From Gemmata obscuriglobus (GTDB taxonomy: Bacteria; Planctomycetota; Planctomycetia; Gemmatales; Gemmataceae): a DNA stretch of 32,000 nt. The stretch's first letter is position 1, and each line of letters opens with the position of its first letter. Below the pieces are notes generated by a model that saw nothing but the letters and a program-made list of their open reading frames with translations, ran no database searches and was not told the DNA's origin. The position numbers and the translations under genes are program-made. Shown piece after piece: positions 9,016 to 15,869 of this stretch. The stretch spans positions 6,240,001 through 6,272,000 of the forward strand of contig NZ_CP042911.1 in the NCBI RefSeq assembly GCF_008065095.1. The letters are read 5' to 3'.

Positions 9016-10011
9016 ATGGCAGTCAACCTTCCCCCGCACTACCACGACGCCGAAGCCCGGTACAAGAAGGCGCAGACCCCGGAGGACAAGCTCGCCGCGC
9101 TCAAAGAGATGTGGGTGCTGCTGCCCAAACATAAGGCGAGCGAAAAGGTCCAGGCGGACCTCAAGACCAAGATCTCGGAGCTGACCGACCAGATCGAGCA
9201 GGCCAAGAGCGGCCCGAAGAAGGCCGCGCCCGGGACGTTCAAGTTCCAGCGCCAGGGGGCCGGGCTGGTGGTGTTCGCGGGACCGCCCAACTGCGGCAAG
9301 TCGCTGCTCATGACGAAGCTCACGAAGGCGACCCCGGCGGTCGCGCCGTACCCGTTCACCACCCGCGAGCCGATCCTCGGGATGATGGACTACGAGGACG
9401 CGCGCGTGCAACTGGTGGACCTCCCGCCCATTACCGCGGACCACTACGAACCGTTCGTGACCGACGTGACCCGGGCCGCCGACGCCGCCGTCCTGTTTCT
9501 CGACTTGGCCGACGACGACGGCCCGGCCGCGACGAAGGCCGTTGTCGAGCGCCTGCAGCGCGCCCGGCGCGAGCTGGTGCCCCCGGGCACGCCCCCGACC
9601 GACGACCCCACCACCTACGCCATTCCGACCGTGCTGGTGGCGAACAAGGGCGACGACGAGGCCGCCGACGTGCGCCTCGAAATCGCCCGCGAGGAGCTGG
9701 ACGCGCGGCTCCCGATCCTGGTGATCTCCGCGGAACGCGGCGACAACCTCGACGCGCTGCGGAAGGCGATTTACGACGCGTTGGGGGTGATGCGGATCTA
9801 CACGAAGCAGCCCGGCAAGCCGGCGGACATGACCGCCCCGTTCACGCCGCCCGTCGGTAGCACCGTGGCGGAGTTGGCGGGCAAGGTGCACCGTGACCTG
9901 GAAGACGCGGTGAAGTCGGCGCGGGTGTGGGGCAGCGGGGTCCACGACGGCCAGACCGTCGGCCGCGACCACGTTCTGAACGACAAGGACGTGGTCGAGT
10001 TGCACACGTGA
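9016..10011 (+). CDS. DRG-like OBG-family GTPase with C-terminal TGS domain (331 aa)
   Basis: CAGGAG SD precedes the ATG. G1 GPPNCGKS, G2 YPFTTREP, G3-position DLPP, G4 NKGD. C-terminus [19 protein letters not shown]...[28 protein letters not shown] closely parallels the DRG TGS region (LVRIYTKPKG...DEDVV). Confidence 0.85.
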   Translation: MAVNLPPHYHDAEARYKKAQTPEDKLAALKEMWVLLPKHKASEKVQADLKTKISELTDQIEQAKSGPKKAAPGTFKFQRQGAGLVVFAGPPNCGKSLLMTKLTKATPAVAPYPFTTREPILGMMDYEDARVQLVDLPPITADHYEPFVTDVTRAADAAVLFLDLADDDGPAATKAVVERLQRARRELVPPGTPPTDDPTTYAIPTVLVANKGDDEAADVRLEIAREELDARLPILVISAERGDNLDALRKAIYDALGVMRIYTKQPGKPADMTAPFTPPVGSTVAELAGKVHRDLEDAVKSARVWGSGVHDGQTVGRDHVLNDKDVVELHT

Positions 10012-10018
10012 GGCGCGG

Positions 10019-10295
10019 ATGCACGCTCTGTCCACCGTGGCGCTCGGCGTGGCTGCGGCGGTTCTTTACGGGATCGCGCACGATCAGCGGCCGTTGCGGG
10101 CGCGCTTGGCTGTTGGCGAGCGCGGGCGTGGTCGTTCTCGTCGGCCCCCTCGCGGCAGAGGTCCCGCGAGAGAGACACGTCGCATTTTTGAGCGCGATGT
10201 GGGCACACTCCGCGAGCTATCTGTTCGGCTTCCTCGGCGGGGTGACGTTGTGCGTTAGTGTGTGGCGCGAGCGAAAGGCGCGGGGCGCCGAATGA
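10019..10295 (+). pseudogene. Possible small 3-TM membrane protein gene split over two frames (frameshift, sequencing error or two-frame decoding)
   Basis: ATG 10019 (GAGG SD, 8 nt after the GTPase stop) encodes TM-like MHALSTVALGVAAAVLYGIA and then turns Arg-rich. The +1 frame from ~10107 gives WLLASAGVVVLVGPLAAEV...WAHSASYLFGFLGGVTLCVSVW, ending at 10295, with high GC3. An in-frame TTG at 10113 could alternatively start a 60-aa 2-TM protein. Confidence 0.3.
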
Positions 10296-10335
10296 TCGCG
10301 TTGTAACTTCGGCCGCTCTTCGCGAAGATGGTGGT

Positions 10336-11160
10336 ATGAGCACGGCCCCGATAGCCCCGAACTCGTTCCTGGTCCGCCACGGTTCGATGCGGTTCATCGG
10401 CGCGTTCGCCGCGCCGCCGAACATCGCCGTCACGCGCGGGGACGTGGCGATCATCCGCACCGAACGCGGGTTGGAGTACGGCGAGGTGCTGTGCCCGGCC
10501 ACGCCCCAAACCGTCGCCGCCATCCCCGAGCCGACCCGCGGAGAACTCGCGCGCGTCGCCACCGCGGCGGACCGGGCGAAGATCGCGGACCTGGCGGTCA
10601 AGCACAAGCAGCAGTACGCGACCGGCACGAAGCTGGTCGCGCAGCACCGGCTCGCGATGCAGATCGTGGACGTGGAGTTCCTCTTCGGCGGCGAGCGGCT
10701 GGTGTTTTACTTCCTCGCCGAGGGGCGGGTGGACTTTCGCGAGCTGGTCAAAAGCATGGCCCGCGAGTTCCACACCCGGATCGAGTTGCGCCAGATCGGC
10801 GTCCGCGACGAGGCCAAGCTGCTCGCGGACTACGGCGACTGCGGCAAGCCGGTGTGCTGCAACTCGCACATGGTGGTGATGCCGCCGGTCAGCATGCGGA
10901 TGGCGAAGCTCCAGAAGTCGACCCTCGACCCGACCAAGATCTCGGGCCGGTGCGGGCGGCTGAAGTGCTGCCTCCGGTTCGAGCAGGACGTGTACGAGGA
11001 GTTCCAGCAGGAGCTGCCGCCGGTCGGCTCGCGGGTGGTGACCGAGAAGGGTCAGGGCAAGGTGCTCGCGCACGAGGTGCTCGCCCGCCGGCTGCTCGTC
11101 GAGTTCGAGGACGGGCGCCGGCTGCCGGTCGCGCTCGCCGAGGTGCTCACCCGGCTGTGA
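10336..11160 (+). CDS. PSP1 domain protein (RicT/YaaT-like, 274 aa)
   Basis: Starts at ATG 10336. VEFLFGGERLVFYFLAEGRVDFRELVKSMAREFHTRIELRQIGVRDEAK, then Cys clusters GDCGKPVCCNSH and GRCGRLKCCLRFE typical of PSP1/RicT. Confidence 0.9.
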   Translation: MSTAPIAPNSFLVRHGSMRFIGAFAAPPNIAVTRGDVAIIRTERGLEYGEVLCPATPQTVAAIPEPTRGELARVATAADRAKIADLAVKHKQQYATGTKLVAQHRLAMQIVDVEFLFGGERLVFYFLAEGRVDFRELVKSMAREFHTRIELRQIGVRDEAKLLADYGDCGKPVCCNSHMVVMPPVSMRMAKLQKSTLDPTKISGRCGRLKCCLRFEQDVYEEFQQELPPVGSRVVTEKGQGKVLAHEVLARRLLVEFEDGRRLPVALAEVLTRL

Positions 11161-11282
11161 CGCCCGGCGCGAGCGCCGCGGGAACAAATTGCGGGCCTCG
11201 GGATCAGACCGGTGTCGCGCACCGGGCGGGGCGGTTCGGGTACGATTTCAAGGGTAGTTGAGAGTTGTCAGCAGGAGACGCC

Positions 11283-11696
11283 GTGGACCCACGGATACTG
11301 GAGCTGTGCCGCGAAGACTCACGGTTCGCCTACGAGGCGTACGAGTTCGTGTCGGAGGCGGTGACGTTCACCCAGGGGCGGCTGGGCCGCACCCCCGCGG
11401 ACCGCGGGGACGACGGCGACGACCGGCACGTGAGCGGGGCGGAGCTGCTCAACGGGGCGTGCGAACTCGCGGTCCGCGAGTTCGGCATGATGGCCCCGGT
11501 CGTGTTCAAACAGTGGGGCCTGAAGACGACGGACCACGTCGGTGAGATCGTCTTCAAACTCATCAAGGTGAAGCTGCTGAGCAAGTCCGACCGCGACGAC
11601 CCGGTCGACTTCAGTGACCTGTTCGACCTGCACGAGGCGCTGCGGAACGGGTTCGAACTGACGCTCCGCGACACCGCCAGGAAGGGGGACCGATGA
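11283..11696 (+). CDS. Conserved hypothetical protein; resembles the Planctomycetes/Verrucomicrobia-restricted Minf_1886 (TIGR04138-type) family from memory
   Basis: GTG 11283 is preceded by CAGGAGAC; TTG 11265 is an alternative. Motifs: RFAYEAYEFVSEAV...RHVSGAELL...FGMMAPVVFKQWGLKTTDHVGEIVFKLIK. High GC3. Family assignment not verified. Confidence 0.7.
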   Translation: MDPRILELCREDSRFAYEAYEFVSEAVTFTQGRLGRTPADRGDDGDDRHVSGAELLNGACELAVREFGMMAPVVFKQWGLKTTDHVGEIVFKLIKVKLLSKSDRDDPVDFSDLFDLHEALRNGFELTLRDTARKGDR

Positions 11697-12271
11697 GCGA
11701 CGTTCAACTGGCTCCGGGCGCACGTTCGGCGCCGCGCCCGAAGGGCGGCCGGGCGCTCGTGGCGGTCACGGCCGTGCTGTTCGTCGGCTGGCTGTGCTGG
11801 CTCGGCTACACGGCGCTGACCCGGAGCCACTCGCCTTACATTTCGCGCGCGCAGGCCGCGGGCGCGAGCGTGGCGGTCGTTGCGGAACTGACCGCAGGCG
11901 CGGACGGCCGGATCGTCGTGCTGACACGCCCCGGCCGCGTCGCCGACGCGGCGGACCTCAAGGAGGCGGCCGACCGGCCCGCTGTCAAGGTATCCGTTGT
12001 GGAGTCCTGGAAGGGCGGGCCGGAGAAGGGCGCATCGATCGGTGTCACGAACCTCTCGGCTTGTTCGGGTTACACCGGGCCGGGAACGTACCTCCTGCTG
12101 CTCAGCCCGGTTCCGGACGCGGTCGTTGAGAACCTGCCCGCGTACACCGTGGCCGGGGCACAGCGGTCGCCGGGGAGTGACCCGCCGGAAGCCGCGGCGC
12201 TCCGCATTTACCCCTGGACCGAGCAGACCTCCGCGGATTTGCGGAAACAGGTTGAAGTGCTGTTCCGGTAA
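11693..12271 (+). CDS. Membrane-anchored hypothetical protein (192 aa)
   Basis: ATGA start/stop overlap with the upstream gene and a GGAAGGGGGA SD. Single N-terminal TM ALVAVTAVLFVGWLCWLGYTAL. Coding-type GC3. No recognisable domain. Confidence 0.7.
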   Translation: MSDVQLAPGARSAPRPKGGRALVAVTAVLFVGWLCWLGYTALTRSHSPYISRAQAAGASVAVVAELTAGADGRIVVLTRPGRVADAADLKEAADRPAVKVSVVESWKGGPEKGASIGVTNLSACSGYTGPGTYLLLLSPVPDAVVENLPAYTVAGAQRSPGSDPPEAAALRIYPWTEQTSADLRKQVEVLFR

Positions 12272-12281
12272 ACCTGTCGCG

Positions 12282-12303
12282 CCGGCGGGAGCTGTCCCGC
12301 CGG
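12282..12303 (+). terminator. Hairpin ending the 9016-12271 gene string
   Basis: ccggcggga-gctg-tcccgccgg (9-bp perfect stem), 11 nt after the stop. A T-rich ctcgttttgcc follows ~10 nt later. Confidence 0.4.
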
Positions 12304-12695
12304 TGGCGTGCATCTCGTTTTGCCACTTCTGTGTCAGTGACTCTGCCCTTCGCTCGCCGACAGCGGTTTTGCCGCGGCGGACGAGCCCGTCGAAATGTTG
12401 TCGCCGATCGTCAGCACGAAAAAGACCGAGAACGGGGTCTGCCATTACGAGAACCGCGCACACCGGTCCGAGTGCTGCTCATCACCGACGGTGCCGTCTG
12501 GGCGTTTAACCGCTTGTACGGCCAGGGTATAGTGACGGCCGCGGTGGGAAGCCCGCTGCTCGCGGCGTACCTCGTCCACGAACGGTTGCACTGGCCTAAA
12601 CGGCCCTGTGCATTATCCGCGGTTCGACTTGAAACCGCCCCTGTCGGTCGCGTCTAATGCCGGCGAGGATTGTTCAGCGTCAGGGAGGACGCGCC

Positions 12696-13526
12696 GTGCC
12701 AGCCGAACTCATCGACCGCCTTGGCAGTTTGCAGCCCGTCATCACGCCGGTTGCGACGGAACCGGCGTTCGCGGCCCGGGCGCGCCTCGTGTGCTTGCGC
12801 GACGCCCTCGCCCGGACCGCTTCGCAGCTCACACCGGCCCGGTGGAACGAGCCGGCGGTGTTTTTCTTCGACCCGCAGCGACAGGCCGAACTCGAGTTGG
12901 CACGCGGACCCGCGCCGGACCGCTTCGGCGCTCTGACCGCCCACATTTGCGCCGAGCTGACGGAGCTGATCGAGTCCGTTGAAGTGCGCCGGGTGGCCCG
13001 CACGATCGACGGGCTTCACCAGGCTTCGCGCGACCTGGCTCTGCACTGTCCGGCCGCGGGGGACTTGGCCGACCTTTTGGCGGTTCCAGACGACGAGGTG
13101 TTTCTTGCGCTCGCGCCGGCCGCGCGCACGGGAGTGCGGTTGCACGTCCGCGGAGCCGCAACCGTCGGGCAGTTCCACGAGTTGCTCGCCCCGACCCAAC
13201 ACGACGGGTTCCAGCTTTTCGCCCCGAACGCACTGCGCGCCGATTGCACACTGCCCGGCGGGTTGACCGGGTGCGGCCACTGGCTCTGGCCCAACCAACC
13301 CCTCTCGGTGGTGCCGCGCGCCGGCGGTGAACGCATCGTTCTGGTCGGGCCAGCCGTACTCGCGCCCGTGGCGGCCGAGCCCCGGTTCTCGGGGCTGCGT
13401 GCCGTGGCCGACATGGTACACGTGCTGAACCCGTTTCAGGTGACGGACGCGCTGTCACGGCTGGCCGGGCGCCCGGTTGCGGGGAGCCGGATGCCCGACG
13501 TGTTCCCGGTTGTACGGGCGGCGTGA
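12696..13526 (+). CDS. Hypothetical protein (276 aa), no recognisable motif
   Basis: GTG 12696 is preceded by AGGGAGGA (12682-12689); the track start of 12657 lacks an SD. Consistent high GC3 and balanced composition, unlike the Arg-rich antisense ORFs 12654..13421 and 12829..13530. Confidence 0.65.
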   Translation: MPAELIDRLGSLQPVITPVATEPAFAARARLVCLRDALARTASQLTPARWNEPAVFFFDPQRQAELELARGPAPDRFGALTAHICAELTELIESVEVRRVARTIDGLHQASRDLALHCPAAGDLADLLAVPDDEVFLALAPAARTGVRLHVRGAATVGQFHELLAPTQHDGFQLFAPNALRADCTLPGGLTGCGHWLWPNQPLSVVPRAGGERIVLVGPAVLAPVAAEPRFSGLRAVADMVHVLNPFQVTDALSRLAGRPVAGSRMPDVFPVVRAA

Positions 13527-13633
13527 CCACGTTCGCTGAAGTGTGAGCCAGAGGTCCGGTTCGGGTCCTGGCCTTTGGGGTGGTCGATCCGACCGCGTGT
13601 TTCGCCGGGCCACGGGTTCGGCGGAGCCGAGCA

Positions 13634-15094
13634 CTACACTACACGACCCTTCGACAACCGGAGCGTCTGGGACACCGTGCCGGGGAGTTCGGACAGCTCA
13701 TGCGTAACAAACAGTAGCGTCTGATCCGGCCCGATTTCCGTTTCCAGCCAAGTGCGGCAGCGTTCCGTTGACTCCGGGGACAACCCCTGAAACGGTTCGT
13801 CCAGGATCACGAGCGGCGGGCGCTTCACCAGCGCCCGGGCGAGCAGCACCAGGCGCTGTTCGCCCGTCGAGAGCGCTTTGAACGCGCGGGCAGCGAGGTG
13901 GCTGATTCCGAGCGCCGCGAACAGTTCGCGAACTCGCCCGTCCTGCTCCGGGGTGGTGTCATGATCGGTGACGCCGTCGAAGAAGCCGGTCGCGGCGGCA
14001 CGCAGGGCGGTCAGCGGCTCGGTGAAATACAGGTGGAACTCCGGGGACAGCAGCCCCACGTTCCGCTTCACGTCCCAGATCGTTTCACCGGTCCCGCGGC
14101 GCCGGCCGAACAGTTTGATGTCGTTCGAGTAAGCCTGCGGGTGGTCGCCGCAGAGGAGACTCAAGAGCGTCGTTTTGCCGCTGCCGTTCGGCCCCAACAG
14201 CGCCCACCGCTCGCCCCGTCGAACGGTCCAGGAAACGCGATCGAGGATCGCGTTTCCGGAGTGCGAAACGGTCACGTCGCGCAGCTCGATGATCGGTTCG
14301 TCGCCCCCGCCGGGCGGGCGGGACGCGTGAGCATCCCGGTGTGCCGCGGGTGCCTCGCTTTGTAACCCGCTGCTCCTTGGTGCGTCCTCGGCACCCGTGC
14401 GACTCCCACCGGCGAGCCGGGGAAGTTCGAGTACGTTCGTCACCCACTCGGGAACCGCGTCGGCGCGACAAATCAGCACGAGCCGTTTGCCGTCATCGAC
14501 GAGTTCGTGCAGCAGCGCGGCGAGGTCGATGCGGGCTTGCGCGTCCAACCCGATGAACGGGTCATCGAGAACGAGAACTTCCGGACGCGCGAGCATCGCC
14601 CGGGCCAACCGCGCCCGACGGGTCTGGCCGTTCGAGAGCGTCATGAACGACTGCGCGCGCCGGTCGCCGATGCCGAACCGCGCGCACACCGCCGCGAGGT
14701 CGGAGTCGCTGGCGCCGGTCCCGGTGCGCAAGAACCGTTCGAGCGACAACGGTTCGTCACTGTCGGCGAACTCGAACCGCTGCTGGTAATAGTGACCGGC
14801 GTAGGAAAACAGCCGGGAGTTCTCCCGGAACGTGACGTGCGCCACGACCTGCGACGGGTAGTCGACCCGCCGGCCGGCGGCGCGGAGCCGGTCGAACAGG
14901 GGCCAGGTGAGCGCGCCGCCGTTCAGCGGGTGCCGCCCCAAAAGGGCCTCCGCGAGCGTGGTTTTGCCGCTCCCGGTCGGGCCGACCACGGCCCACGCTT
15001 CGCCCTCACGCACCACCCAGTCGAAGTCACGCAGGACGGCCTCACCGCCGCGAACGACGGTCGCGCCCTTGAGTTCAAAAATGCTCGGACTCAT
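13634..15094 (-). CDS. modF: ModF-type twin-NBD ABC ATPase without membrane domain (486 aa)
   Basis: NBD1: GPTGSGKTT, LSNGQTRR, VLVLDDPFIGLD. NBD2: GPNGSGKTT, LSTGEQRL, LVILDEPFQGLS, FVTHE. The block LLCGDHPQAYSNDIKLFGRRRGTGETIWDVKRNVG matches the E. coli ModF block ITGDHPQGYSNDLTLFGRRRGSGETIWDIKKHIG as I recall it. Confidence 0.9.
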   Translation of the reverse strand: MSPSIFELKGATVVRGGEAVLRDFDWVVREGEAWAVVGPTGSGKTTLAEALLGRHPLNGGALTWPLFDRLRAAGRRVDYPSQVVAHVTFRENSRLFSYAGHYYQQRFEFADSDEPLSLERFLRTGTGASDSDLAAVCARFGIGDRRAQSFMTLSNGQTRRARLARAMLARPEVLVLDDPFIGLDAQARIDLAALLHELVDDGKRLVLICRADAVPEWVTNVLELPRLAGGSRTGAEDAPRSSGLQSEAPAAHRDAHASRPPGGGDEPIIELRDVTVSHSGNAILDRVSWTVRRGERWALLGPNGSGKTTLLSLLCGDHPQAYSNDIKLFGRRRGTGETIWDVKRNVGLLSPEFHLYFTEPLTALRAAATGFFDGVTDHDTTPEQDGRVRELFAALGISHLAARAFKALSTGEQRLVLLARALVKRPPLVILDEPFQGLSPESTERCRTWLETEIGPDQTLLFVTHELSELPGTVSQTLRLSKGRVV

Positions 15095-15118
15095 CCTTCC
15101 GGTATAGAACCGCGCGGT

Positions 15119-15574
15119 TCACAGTACCAGCCGCCCCTCCGGGTCGGCGGCCTTCGTGCTCGCTTGTGAGAAGACGAGCCGACCGAGCGTCAGGTGGAAC
15201 GACATTTTCGGCGCCCCGTCGAACCCCAGCCGGGCGCGCAGCTCGGCCAGTTCCGGCGACCACACGTCGAGCCAAGCGTGCCGTCCGTTATCCCACCGAA
15301 CGACGTTCGAGTAGTGGAACGTCACCGGCCCCGGGTCGTACCCCCACGATTCACGCACCGGCGGTTCGATTCCCTTCACCACACTCACATGCGGTCCGAA
15401 CGTCGAGCCTTTGTGAAGCGCGATCCCGTACCGCAACAGCAGCCACGCGTAGTAATCGACGATGCCACGGTCGCACAGCAGTATCAGCCACCACGGGTCG
15501 AAGGCACGAGTGCCAAGTCCCGGATCGTACAGTACGTGCCCGGTCGATTCGTGTGGAAAGTCGATCGCGTCCAT
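15119..15574 (-). CDS. Hypothetical protein with two H-x-S/T-x motifs (2H phosphoesterase-like, 151 aa)
   Basis: ATG 15574 with GGGAG 7 nt upstream. GPHVSVVKG (His codon 15389-15391) and SFHLTLGRL (His codon 15194-15196) lie ~65 aa apart. Stop is 24 nt upstream of the modF start. Confidence 0.7.
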   Translation of the reverse strand: MDAIDFPHESTGHVLYDPGLGTRAFDPWWLILLCDRGIVDYYAWLLLRYGIALHKGSTFGPHVSVVKGIEPPVRESWGYDPGPVTFHYSNVVRWDNGRHAWLDVWSPELAELRARLGFDGAPKMSFHLTLGRLVFSQASTKAADPEGRLVL

Positions 15575-15827
15575 CAGTGAACTCCCGGCAATTTTTCTTA
15601 GACACCTTTTTCTCCGCCGGGTCCACAACATTTATGCTGTCGCATGAATTGTCGCTAACTTTGTATCCTTTTCCTAACCCTTTACAGCACAAGTAGTTTA
15701 CCAAATCCAGCAAAAGCTACGCAATCGACATAATTGCTACAACTGAAACACTGGCTTCAGCGCGCACAACCCTTTCGACCTGATCTTGTCGCACTGCCGG
15801 AAAAAATTACATACTCTTGGAAACCGG

Positions 15828-15856
15828 CAACCTCGCCGCAAGCGCCACAACCTCGC
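15828..15856 (+). repeat. 9-bp direct repeat CAACCTCGC x2 in 20-bp register just upstream of the FG-GAP protease gene
   Basis: Exact copies at 15828-15836 and 15848-15856, 14 nt before ATG 15870. They lie in an unusually AT-rich divergent intergenic region (15575-15869) that also carries TGTCGC three times. Confidence 0.5.
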
Positions 15857-15869
15857 TACGGGATCCCTA

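Noticed and set aside
8515-10035. 506-aa minus ORF
   Set aside because: It is antisense to punA and the DRG-like GTPase, has a low-complexity R/G/H/V composition, and has no motifs.
12331-12657. 108-aa plus ORF with a possible 62-aa core from GTG 12472 (VLLITDGAVWAFNRLYGQGIVTAAVGSPLLAAYLV...)
   Set aside because: There is some GC3 signal and one hydrophobic stretch. However, it has no SD, GC3 decays toward the 3' end, and nothing is recognisable. It is not supported enough to call as a gene.
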